DNA of 64,000 nucleotides from Ginglymostoma cirratum (Eukaryota): the NCBI GenBank assembly GCA_024137785.1, contig JAHRHZ010000061.1, positions 1,824,066 through 1,888,065 of the forward strand, in the 5' to 3' direction. Of the stretch, positions 40,001 to 52,228 are shown one piece after another. The stretch's first letter is position 1. Every line of letters begins with the position of its first letter. Made by a program: the position numbers and the translations under genes. The notes under the pieces are model-generated. The model was not told the origin of the DNA, searched no databases, and saw only the letters and a list, made by a program, of their open reading frames with translations.

Positions 40001-43000
40001 TTCTATGTCCAGTTTGCTATCTCATCAAAGTATTCTATTAAATTTGTCAGGCATGATTTTCCCTTCATGAAGCCATGCTGATTCTGTTTGATTACATTTT
40101 TTAAAATTCATTAATGGGATGAGGGCACTGCTGGCTAGGCAGCATTTATTGCCCATCCCTAATTGCCCAGATGGCAATTCAGAGTCAACCACATTGCTGT
40201 GGGTCTGGAGTCACACGTAGGCCAGCAATTTCCTTCCCTAAAGGACATTAGTGAGCCAGATGGGTTTTTCCTGACAGTCAATTCATGGTCATTGGTAGAT
40301 TCTTAATTCCAGATATTTTATTGAATTCAAATTCCACCATCTGCCATGACAGGATTTGAACCTGGGTCCCCAGAAGGTTACCTGGAGTCTCTGAATTAAC
40401 AGCCCAGCAATAATACCACAAGGCCATCACCTCTCCTATATTTACAAATATTCGGTTGTTATATATTTTATAATAGACTCTTATATTTTCTTGATAACAG
40501 ATGTTAAGCTAACTGGCTTATAGTTAACTTTTTTTTAGTCTCTTTCCCTCTTTAAGTATTTTTATATTGTTGCTTTCCAATCCTTTGGGACTGCTTCAGA
40601 ATCTAAGGATTCTTGGAAGATTATTACCAGTGCAACGACTACCTCTGTTACTTCCTTTAATATCTTAGAATGCTTCACATTAGGTCCAGGGCATTTATCT
40701 GTCTTTAGCCAATTTGTTTCCCTAGTACTTTATCTCTACTGATAGTTATTGTATTTATTTCCTTTCTTCCGTTTGCCCCTTGGTTTTGTTTCAGTAGTTT
40801 TGTAAATCTTTTAGCGTCTTCCACTATAAAGACTGGTACAAAGTATTTATTTAATTCCTCTGCCATTTCTGCTTCCCCGTTATTATTTCCCAGCCTTGTT
40901 CCTAAGGAGCATATATTTATTTTGACTTTCTCTTCTTTTTTATGAATTTAAAGACTGTCTTGCTGCCAATCTTCACGTCACTTGCAAGTTTATCCTTGTC
41001 TTTTCCCTTTGTTTTTGGTTTTTGCAACTTTCTCAATCCTTTGGCTTAATACTAATCTTTGCCACTTTTGTATGTTTTTTACTTTCAACTTGATGCTATC
41101 CTTAACTTCCCCAGTTAACCATAATTGGCTTATCATATTCCTATAATCTTTCTCTCTCAATGGGATATATTTTTATTGTGAGCTATGAGCTATTTTCTTA
41201 ACTCTCTACCATTGTTCCTCAACTATCTTTGTTGGTAATTTTCTTTGCCATCTACTCTAGCTAATTCTGCCTTCATACCTTTGTAATTCAGTTTATTTAA
41301 GTTTAGCACAGTTGCTTCTGACCCAGGTTCCTCCCTCTCAGACTGAATGCTATTTGCTACCATGTTATGATCATGATTTCATTAGGGTTCTTTTACACTG
41401 ATATTACTTATTAAAGCCGCCACATGACATATCACAAGATCCCAAAATAGCCTTATCCCAGGTTGGATCTGCATCATATTCTCTTTGAACAATACAGTCT
41501 ATGAATTGCTCCTTGTGGCTATCTTTGCCTAACCCTATCTCATTTGAAGCAAGGCTTTCTATAACTGCACTCACATCCTGAAGCAATAAAACTAATGCAA
41601 TGTTTAAAGGCAAAGTACTACAGATGCTGGAAATTTTGAAACAGATGCAGAAAATGAAACTCAGCAGGTCTGGCAGCATCTGTACAGAGAGAAACAGAGT
41701 TAACATTTTGAGTCTTGTATCTCTTCTTCAGAACATAAGAAGAATCTGAAGAAGAGTCATACTAGACACAAAACATCAATTCTGTTTCTCTCTCCACAGA
41801 TGCTGCCAGACCTGTTGAGTTTCTCCAGCATTCTCTATGTTTCTAACATAACAAAGAACAAAGAACAAAGAAAATTGTAGCACAGGAACAGGCCCTTTAG
41901 TCCTCTAAGCGTGCATCGACATGTGGTCCGTCACAACTAAAACCCCCTACCCTTCTGGGGACCGTATCCCTCTATTACCATCCTATTCATCTATTTGTCA
42001 AGATGCCCTTTCAAAGTAACTATCATATCTGCTTCCACTCCCTCCTCCAGCTGTGAGTTCCAGGCACCCACCACCCTCTGTAAAAAAACTTGCCTCATAC
42101 ATCACCTTTAAACCTTGCTCCTCGCACCTTAAATCTATGCCCCCTAGTAACTGATTCTTCCTGGGAAAAAGCTTCTGATTGTCCACTCTGTCCATGCCCA
42201 TCATAATCTTGTAGACCTCTATCAGATTGCCCCTCAACCTCCATCGTTCCAGTGAGAACAACCCAAGTTTTTCCAACCTCTCCTCAAAGCTACATTTACT
42301 TGCTGTACCTGCATGTTAACTTTCAGTGACTGATGAACAAGGGCCCTAAGATCCCATCAAAACTTTGCAATCTCTTACCATTTAAGAAATACTCTGTACC
42401 TTTGTTCCCTGTACTAAAGTGGATAACCTCTCAAATAACCACGTTATCTCCTATCTGTCGTATTATTGTCCATTCAAGTATTGTGACTAAATCCCATTGA
42501 TGTTCCTTTGCATTCTCCTCACAACTCATGTTGTCACCAAGTTTGTATCATCTGCTAAAATGAAAATATTACAACTGGCCCCATACTTGAATCATTGATA
42601 TAGATTGTGAACAGCTTGGGTCCAAGCAGTGATCCTTGTGGTACCCCACTGGCTAACTGCAGAATGACTCAGTTATTCCTATTCGCTTCTTTCTAGCTGA
42701 TCACCATTCCACAATCCATGCGAATATTTTATCCCAATCCCATGCACTTTAATATTGTTTACTAACCTCCTGTGTTGGAGCTTATAAAAAAAATTCTGAA
42801 AAATCTAAATGTTACACATCCACTGGTTCGCCCTTATCAACACTTAAGTAAGTAACATCCTCCAAAAAAGACATCAGGTTCATCAAACATGATTTCCTTT
42901 CATAATTTCAAGTTGACTTAATCGAATCAGAACAATTTTTTCTAAATATCCAATAATCATATCCTTTAATGTAGATTCTAATATTTTCCTGATTATTAAA

Positions 43001-44050
43001 ACCAGGCTAGTAGATCTTTCATTTCTTGTTTTATGTATCCCTCCTTTCCTAAGGGACTGAAGGGTCTGTTTCTGTGCTGTAGAAGTCTCTGACTCTATGA
43101 CTCGATACATGTGTAACCTTCTGATCTGCAGGTATCATTGCCTAATCATTAGAATTTTGAAAGATCATCACTAAGGCATCCAATATCTGTGTAGTCATCT
43201 TTTTTGACACTGAAGGTCAGCAGGTCCCAGGGATTTATCAACTTGCCATCCCATTAATTTTCCAATCTGATATGTTTACTAATACTAATTTCTTTCAGTT
43301 CCACACTCTCACTAGAGTCTTGGATTAACTGACAAAAGTCTTCTTGTGTCTTCTATTGTGAAGAAAGACATAAAATACACGTTCAATTTTTCTGCCATTT
43401 CTATATTTCCTATTACTAATTCATTTGTGTTTGCCTGTATTTGAACCACATTTGTCCTTTGCTAATCATTTGCTTTTCTCTTCTCTATAAATGCTTTTAA
43501 CGTCTGTCTTTATATTTCTTGCTATATTATATTCATATCCTATTCTTTCTGAAATTCTACTAATTCTCAGGCTTACATATAAGCCTTCTTCTTTGATCTA
43601 ATATTTATTTTAACTTCCTTTGTTAACCATGACTGTTTTGTTTCTCCTGTTGGGTATTTTTATGTTATAATGAATATGTTTTCACAGTGAGTTTTTTGGT
43701 TCTTTAAATAGTAGCCAACGTTTTATGTACTTCAAACCTTACAATGTATTTTTGATCCACCACAGCAAATTTTCTACTTGGCCTTTATAATTGCCCTTGT
43801 TATCATTTAAGATCATAGTTTCAGATTGAAATACAACTTTTTCAAACCTAATTCTGTAAAACTATGGTAAATATTAAAGTTTGTATTACACAGAATTATC
43901 AATTAGCCATTTCTCACTGCATAATATTAAAGGTAAAATAGCTAGTGCCCTCAACCTATTTCTTCAGAAAATTCTCACGTACAGGCAATCTTCCTCCACA
44001 GCTCTCAACCGAAACCTGATTGTGACCCTGTTGTGTCATACCATATGTCA
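37075..44050 (-). mobile_element. Cluster of nested, degenerate CR1 LINE fragments and SINEs (intron 1 of the receptor)
   Basis: RT remnants in ORFs 37892-38080, 41998-42276 and 42883-43110; CR1 tails (ttctatg)n at ~39990 and (acaaaga)n at ~41850. Confidence 0.75.
41610..41843. mobile_element. Fold-back PLE-terminus (family C) with degenerate hammerhead
   Basis: cagcaggtctggcagcatctgt...ttcttcaga is inverted against tctgaagaagagtc...acagatgctgccagacctg. Confidence 0.7.
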
Positions 44051-45445
44051 TAAAAGTACAACGTTATAAATATTTCATCAATTAACTGCACAAGCATCTA
44101 GTCATTTTGCATAAGTCTCAGGCTTTTTTGGAAATAACGTTTGAACTCACTGTTCAAAATGACTTTCTGACCTTAATTTCCCAGAACTGAAAAAAAAAGC
44201 ACATTAACTTCTACTGTGAAATCCAAATTCCCAAACAATAACTTATTGTGAACTATTGTCACACTTTTTGTATACTTCTAGCATGTGGTACTGGGAGCAA
44301 TCCTGAGAATACTGCCTTAGTGGTCCTGCTTTTCAGTCATATGCTGGGCTTCCTAAATTTTACTATCAGGACTTTATCCCTCTTTCTACTGAGGCCACTG
44401 ATGCCAAAACTATCATGACTTCTGGCTGTTCATCTCCCCAAAAGAATGTCTTGCAGCCACACTGTGAGATCCTCAAACCTGCATCATCAAGGCAACATGC
44501 CAATCAGAAGTCACATAAGGCCACAGAAATGCCTGTCAGTTCCCAGAACCATTGAACCACCTGTCCACTCTTCCTCCCTACCCTCAGTGCAGCTGAGCCA
44601 CCTGCTGTGACAAAAGCTTGACTCTCATTATGATCCTCAGATGAACAATTGTCCTCACCAGTTTACAAAAGGGGTTTGTGAACGAGATAGATTTTGGGGA
44701 TTTCTGCACTACCTACCTGTTCTTTCTAGACTGACCTTTCATTGTCTAGTCTTAATTAGCAGTGTGACCAATTTATTAATAGTGCTATCCACATAACTCT
44801 CAGCTTTACTGATGCACCATTGTGACTCCAGCTGCAGTTCAAGTTCCAAAACCAAGAGTTTGACATTTCGCAGCTGAAGATACTTCTTGATCATCTAGGC
44901 CACATGAAGCATCCACTATTCCCAAAAAGGATAGGCATTCCACATAATTGAACTGTCCTGCCATATCCTAACTCATTTAGACATTCCAGCACCAACATGT
45001 CAAATTAAATCGTTTGTTTCCTTGTTCTGAGCTGGCTGTTTTCATTGTTTTATGCTTTACTTTGAAGTTTCTTCTGGCTGTCCTCCCCTTATCGCTTTCA
45101 CAATACAATACGAAATCCCAAAGCACTTGATTGAAATAAAGAGAAGCAAATATTTGGATGAGGATTAAGCTTCATGACTAAGGCAGAGCCAAAGAGTAAG
45201 GTTTTGAGAAGGCTTTATGTCTTAAGAAGGAAAGAAATATTGATGGGAATATCATGAAAGTTTTGGGTACATTTTTAAAGTTACTTTGTGACTAATACCT
45301 GTAGTATTATATCCAATGATTTGTAAAGTTCAAGTAAGGAATATTTCTGTTTGTCAGAAAATATTTCTATCATTTCTTTCCTCCTTCTGCAATTCATTGT
45401 GACTGTAATTACTCATTAATGATGTTAGACCTGAATTTGTCATAC

Positions 45446-45509
45446 CTGCAAGTAGAAAAAAACGAAGCAGAACACAAAGTTTGAATACTTGTGACCCCAG
45501 AGATGTCAT
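45446..45509 (-). CDS. CD28-like VJ-C1 receptor, signal-peptide exon (MTSLGSQVFKLCVLLRFFLLA)
   Basis: gaaATG start, hydrophobic leader, GCAG|gtatga donor, 64 nt phase 1. Joins as ..LLA-V-RSKKLTV. Confidence 0.75.
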
Positions 45510-45740
45510 TTCATCTGTTTCGTTCTGAAGATATAACAAAAACCATTAATTTGAGAAAAGAATGAATACTTGGTTTACATGTTACATATGTTATATGTTA
45601 CAATTTATTTAAACAATTTACACCATTAACAGCAAGAAATTTTCCAGGATACTTCTCAAAAAGGTATTAGCGATGTTCGGATAGTGTTTTTGTTTCATTC
45701 ATTCATGGGATGGAGACATTGCTGGCTAGCCCAGCGTTTA

Positions 45741-48700
45741 TAGAACATAGAACATAGAACAATACAGCGCAGAACAGGCCCTTCGGCCCTCGATGTTGCG
45801 CTGACCTGTGAACTAATCTAAGCCCATCCCCCTACACTATCCCATCATCATCCATATGCTTATCCAAGGACTGTTTAAATGCCCCTAATGTGGCTGAGTT
45901 AACTACATTGGCAGGCAGGGCATTCCACGCCCTTACCACTCAGAGAGTGTCCATGACGTCTGTCTTAAATCTATCACCCCTCAATTTGCAGCTATGCCCC
46001 CTCGTACAAGCCAATGTTATCTTCCTAGGAAAAAGACTCTCACTGTCCACCCTATCTAATCCTCTGATCATCTTGTATGTGTTTATTAAATCCCCTCTTA
46101 GCCTTCTTCTCTCCAATGAGAACGGACCCAAGTCCCTCAGCCTTTCCTCATAAGACCTTCGCTCCAGACCAGGCAACATCCTGGTAAATCTCCTCTGCAC
46201 CTTTTCCAATGCTTCCACATCCTTCCTGTAATGGGGCGACCAGAACTGTATGCAATATTCCAAGTGAGGCCGCACTAGCGTTTTGTACAGTTGCAGCATG
46301 ACATCACGGTTCCGGAACTCAATCCCTCTACCAATGAAACCTAACACACCGTACGCCTTCTTAACAGCACTATCAACCTGGGTGGCAACTTTCAGGGATC
46401 TATGTACCTGGACACCAAGATCCCTCCGCACATCCACATACCAAGAATCTTTCCATTGACCCAGTATTCTGCCTTCCTATTTTTCTTCCCAAAGTGAATC
46501 ACCTTACATTTATCTGCATTGAACTCCATTTGCCACCTTTCAGCCCAATTCTGCAGTTTATCCAAGTCTCCCTGCAACCTGCAACATTCTTCCACACTGT
46601 CCACCATGCCACCGACTTTAGTGTCATCTGCAAACTTACTAACCCATCCACCTATGCCTGCGCCCAAGTCATTTATAAAAATGACAAACAGCAGTGGTCC
46701 CAAAACAGATCCTTGTGGCACCCCACTAGTAACCGGACTCCAGGCTGAATATTTTCCATCAACCACCACTCATTGCCTTCTTTCAGAAAGCCAGATTCTA
46801 ATCCAAACTGCTAAATCTCCCTCAATCCCATGCCTCCGCATTTTCTCCAATAGCCTACCATGTGGAACCTTATCAAAGGCTTTACCGAAGTCCATGTACA
46901 TCACGTCAACTGCCCTACCCTCATCCACATGCTTGGTCACCTTCTCAAAAAACTCAATGAGGTTTGTGAGGCATGACCTGTCCTTGACAAATCCATGTTG
47001 ACTATCTCCAATCAAATTGTTGCTTGCTATATGATTATAAATCCTATCTCTTATAATCCTTTCCAAAACTTTTCCTACAACAGACGTAAGGCTCACTGGT
47101 CTATAATTACCTGGGTCATCTCTACTGCCCTTCTTGAACAAGGGCACAACATTTGCAATCCTCCAGTCCTCTGGTACTAAACCTGTAGACAATGACGACT
47201 CAAAGATCAAGGCCAAAGGCTCCGCCATCTCCTCCCTAGCTTCCCAGAGAATCCTCAGAAAAATCCCATCCGGCCCAGGGGATTTATCTACCTTCACACC
47301 TTCTAGAATTGGTAACACCTCCTCTTTACTAACCTCAATCCTTTCAAGTCTAATAGCCCGTATCTCAGTCTTCTCCCCTACAATATTCTCCTTTTCCTGA
47401 GTGAAAACAGATGAGAAATATTCGTTTAGCACCTCTCCGATCTCCACAGGGTCCACACACAACTTTCCACTTCTGTCTTTGACTGGCCCTATTCTTACCC
47501 TAGTCATCCTTTTATTCCTCACATACCTATAGAAAGCTTTAGGGTTCTCCTTTATTCTACCTGCTAATGACTGCTCATGTCCCCTCCTTGCTCTTCTTAA
47601 CTCTCTCTTTAAATCCTTCCTAGCTAATATGTAACTCTCCATCACCTCATCTGAACCATCTCCTCTCAATGTCACATAAGCCTCCCTCTTCCGCTTAACA
47701 AGAGATACAATTTCTTTTGCAAACCACAGTTCCCTTACCTTATCACTTCCTTCCTGCCTGACAGGGACATACCTATCAAGGACACGCAGTATCTGTTCCT
47801 TAAACCAGCTGCACATTTCGATTGTCCCCATCCCCTGCATTTTGCTCACCCTTTCTATCCCTCCTAAGTCTTGCCTAATCGCATTATAATTGCCCTTCCC
47901 CCATCTATAACTCTTGCCCAGTGGCATGTTCCTATCCCTTTCCATCGCTAAACTAAACGTAACCGAATTGTGGTCACTCTCTCCAAAGCACTCACTTACC
48001 ACGAAATCAGACACCTGGCCGTGTTCATTACCAAGTACCAGATCCAGTGTGGCCTCCCCTCTTGTCGGCCCTTCGACATACTGTGTCAGGAAACCCTCCT
48101 GCACACATTGGACAAAAACTGATCCATCCGACGTACTAGAGTTATTGCATTTCCAGTCAATGTTGGGGAAGTTAAAGTCTCCCATAATGACCACCCTGTT
48201 CCTTTCACTCCTGCCCAGAATCGTTTTGCCAATCCTCTCCTCCACATCCCTGGAACTTTGCGGAGGCCTATAAAAAACTCCCAGCAGTGTGACCTCTCCT
48301 CTTCTGTTTCTGACATTAGCCCATACCACCTCAGTAGATGAGTCCTTGTCAAAAGTGCTTTCAGCCACCGTTATACTGTCCTTGACTAACAAAGCCACAC
48401 CTCCCCCTCTTTTACCACCTTCCCTGATCTTTGTGAAAGATCTAAACCCTGGAACCTGCAACATCCATTCTTGACCTTGCTCTGTCCATGAAATGGCCAC
48501 AACATCGAAGTCCCAGGTACCTATCCATGCTGCAAGCTCACCTAACTTATTCTGGATACTCCTGGCGTTGAAGTAGACACACTTCAAACCAGCTTGCTGT
48601 CTGCCAGCACACTCCTGTGACGGTGAAATCCTGTCCATGTCCTCCCTACTCTCATCCTCCTGTGTACTGGAACTACACCACAGGTTCCCATCCCTCTGCT

Positions 48701-49910
48701 GAGCTAGTTTTAATCCACCCAAATAGCACTAGCAGATTTCCCACCCAGGATATTAGTACCCCTCTGGTTCAAGTGAAGACCGTCCTGTTTGTAGAGGTCC
48801 CACCTTCCCCAGAGTGAGCCCCAATTATCCATATACCTGAAATCCTCCCTCCTGCACCATCCCTGCAGCCACGTGTTCAGCTGATATCTCTCCCTGGTCT
48901 TCGCCTTGCTATCACGTGGCACGGGTAACAAACCAGAGATAACAACTCTGTTTGTTCTAGCTCTCAGTTTCCACCCTAGCTCCCTGAAATCCTGCCTTAC
49001 ATCCCTATCCCTCTGTCACCCTAAATCGTTGGTACCTATTTGGACCATGACTTGGGGCTGGTCACCCTCTCCCTTCAGGACCCCAAAGACACGATCCGAG
49101 ACATCACGGACCCTGGCACCTGGGAGGCAACACACCAACCGTGAGTCTCTTTCGTTCCCAACAGACCTTCTATCTTACCCTCTAACTATTGAGTCCCCAA
49201 TGACTAACACTCTCCTCCTTTCCCCCCTTCCCTTCTGTGCAAGAGGGACAGACTCTGTGCCAGAGACCTGCACCCCAGTGCATGCCCCTGGTAAGTCATC
49301 CCCCACAACAGTATCCAAAATGGTATACTTGTTTTTCAGGGAACGACCACAGGGGATTCCTGCACTGACTGTTTTTCCCCCTTCTAACAGTTACCCAGCT
49401 TTCTTCATGCCTAGGAGTAACTACTTCCCTGTAAGTCTTACCTATCACAGACTCTGCCTCCCGAATGATCCAAAGTTCATCCAGCTCCCGCTCCAGTTCC
49501 CTAACGCGGTCTTGGAGGAGCAAGAGTTGGGTGCACTTCCTGCAGATGTACTTGCACGGGACACTAATGGCGTCCCTCACCTCAAACATCCTGCAGGAGG
49601 AACATTCCTCTCCCTGCACTGCCATCCCTGCTAGTCCACTTATCAGAAAGTAAAAAGAAAGAAGAGAAGCTTACCTGATTTGTCCCTGGTGTATAAGGTT
49701 AGAGGAGGTGGATGGGTGGGAGGCCCTACAAGGGTAGGGTCTCGGGTTTAGAAAACACTCACTTATATAGCTGAGAGAAAAAAAAGTCCCTCCTTTCCCA
49801 GAAACCTCTGCTTTCCGAGGTGCTGCTGCTGCTTAAAGTTTTAAATCAGTGACTCACCCTTTCCCGACCGGCCCCTGGTCCAAGCTCCCGCTCTTCCTGC
49901 TGCTGGAAAC
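45741..49910 (-). mobile_element. Near full-length CR1 LINE (HER1-like): ORF1 (zinc finger, coiled coil, esterase) and ORF2 (APE plus RT), with a few disruptions
   Basis: ORF1 CSSC..CRKC..VRELERELDEL and DGLHLN; ORF2 NARSI..GDFNFP..SDHN..KAFDKVPH..GVPQGSVLGP..FADD; 3' tail (ttctatg)n at 45741-45760. A stop at 46770 and frameshifts interrupt the ORFs. Confidence 0.95.
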
Positions 49911-49918
49911 AGAAAGTG

Positions 49919-51642
49919 TTTCTGCAGACTTCTATGCAAAGGTTCTTGTGCGTGGAGACTCAGGCCTGGTAAGTTACAGGGATGTAACCTTGCAACCTAC
50001 GGTCTAATCTTGTTCAGAAGTAGGGATCTGAATAGTGATCAGAATCTTTGGGCCCTTATCTTGTATCTGATCTCTAAAACGTTAAACAGAAAGTTTATTG
50101 TCCATTTTATTGCCCAGGACCTGGATCTTGGTCATTTGACCCTCAAATCTCAGCCTTATCCAATCTTATTTGTGCTTTTTTTATTTATACTGATTGTGAT
50201 GTTATGGGATAGCAGTTTGAAAATCTCTGTTTTTAATATGTCTTCGTGAATAAATGTTAAATCATAACACTGCATTCCTACCTGGAGATTGAGAAGTCAG
50301 AAAATAAATGGGAAATAGATTTAAATTATTTCAAATAGGTTTTCCTTTTCAGTGCCTGGATGTAAATGTTTGTTGGAATATTTCACATAATTTTATCTGA
50401 TACACCCAGTCTCAGGTGCAATAAAATTTAGTTTTACTCTGGAGGTTTTAAAACCTGAGTGCAAGAGGTTACCTAAAATTCAAGTGAACAGGGATATATA
50501 TCCCAATTCTGTAATTCCTGATGGAAATCAATAGATGTATTAAAAGTAGTTCATCAGTCCGGTCAACTATTTTCCAGACAACCAAAATATTTATTCCACA
50601 GAGACAATATCAAAACTTTTCAAATTTTCTCTTTTGACAAAAGAATTCTAAAGAATTGGACTGGAACCAGTTTCCCTGGTTAAACAACATTTTGACTCCC
50701 TGCTTTTGTATTATTTACATTCCTTCATTTAAGGTGGAGATTTCGAAAATATTTTGGAGAAATTTCAGATCGTGCCGCTGATGAACACTCACAGTCATCT
50801 GCAAAAGTTCACAAAACAGAACTATTGTACAATACTTTGGAGGGTTCTGACTCCCTGAACTGGATAGTTACTTAGAAGGATTAAAACTAGCCCTAACTCC
50901 TGGACAACTACACTACTGACCATCTTCCCCACACCAACCCCCTCATTGACTCACCCTGACCCTGTGTTCCTACCTCACCAATTACCACTCCCAATCCCCC
51001 GACTCAGCAAGACTACCCCCCCTTAGCCAACTAAACTAGCCCCAACAACCCATTCCTCTAGCCTGATTTCACTGCGTCCCTGACCTGACCTCATGACTTG
51101 ACCTACTCCAATACATGCTGCCTTCCTCACTCCACACCCATCTGCTATTTAATTTCTTCACTCATCCACCTGCCACTGTACGCCCCCACCAACCCATTTG
51201 CCAACCCATCATTCACCTACTGTATACAACACACCTACCCAATTGCCAGCTAACCCCTCCCTCAACCATTGGCCACCCTACCCTGTGACCTACTGACCTG
51301 CCATTCTAACCATCACCCAGTGGGCAACGCTTCACCTGTCCATTGGCCACTCTGCTCCCTCACCAATTTACCTTCTTTCCATAACCTTTCCAAGATGCTT
51401 TGGACATTGAAACTGTGTTTACTTACTGAAATGCATGGGTTAAAGCTGTAAGTACAAGGGTTGGACGTAGATTCCTCAAATATTTTCTGCAGACTTCTAT
51501 GCAAAGGTTCTTGTGCATGGAGACTCAGGCCTGGTATGTTACAGGGGTGTAACTTTGCAACCTACTGTCTAATCTTGTTCAGAAGTAGGGATTTGAATAG
51601 TGATCAGAATCTTCGGGCCCTTATCCTGTATCTGATCTCTAA
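49919..51642 (+). repeat. ~159-bp direct repeat pair (49919-50077 and 51484-51642)
   Basis: tttctgcagacttctatgcaaagg...tatctgatctctaa occurs twice; 8 substitutions counted by eye. Confidence 0.9.
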
Positions 51643-51976
51643 GGAACTGTAATTGTAATTGCATATAACCAGGGCTTAAAACAATTAAACCTAAATCTAA
51701 GGGCTGGGATTCCTTCCATTCAGTCCCACATAGTTTGCAAGGTGTATCCTAATGTGTCCGTGATTCCATTTTAACCAGCACTGAAGTGATTTTAAATCTC
51801 CCATCCAGCTAAATTGGGCAATACCTCGTCATACTGGGAATTCCTAATCTGTGGATATTTATTTGTTCCTATGTTTATGAATATTCCCTCAAGAGGAAGT
51901 CTGCACACCACAGCAGCCAAATGGAAAACTTCTGTTTCCATGGATTTCTCAGAAATACTGATAAGAGTTCAACATG

Positions 51977-52228
51977 AGATAACAAGGTGTGGGGCTGAAT
52001 GAACACAGCAGGCCAAGCAGCGTCATAGGAGCAGGAAAGCTTGACGTTTCGGGCCTAGACCCTTCATCAGAAATGGGTTCAAGATTCATTCTTGAATCTG
52101 ATGAAGGGTCTAGGCCCGAAACGTCAAGCTTTCCTGCTCCTATGACGCTGCTTGGCCTGCTGTGTTCATCCAGCCCCACACCTTGTTATCTCGGATTCTC
52201 CAGCATCTGCAGTACCTTTTATCTCTAC
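51977..52228. mobile_element. Family A fold-back insertion with hammerhead motifs on both strands
   Basis: Near-perfect ~95-nt inverted arms; CTGATGAagggtctaggcccGAAAcgTC at 52098-52125 and its reverse complement at ~52043-52070; TSD ga(g/a)ttcaacatg at 51965-51976 / 52229-52240. Confidence 0.9.

Noticed and set aside
46494-49653. Plus-strand ORFs up to 242 aa
   Set aside because: Antisense shadows of CR1 ORF1/ORF2.
49919-51642. Direct repeats as the LTR pair of a small retroelement
   Set aside because: No TG..CA ends, primer-binding site, polypurine tract or TSD seen.
51977-52228. Inverted-repeat elements as MITEs or miRNA precursors
   Set aside because: The arms match the termini of GIY-YIG-bearing PLEs, are asymmetric, and have variable-length TSDs.
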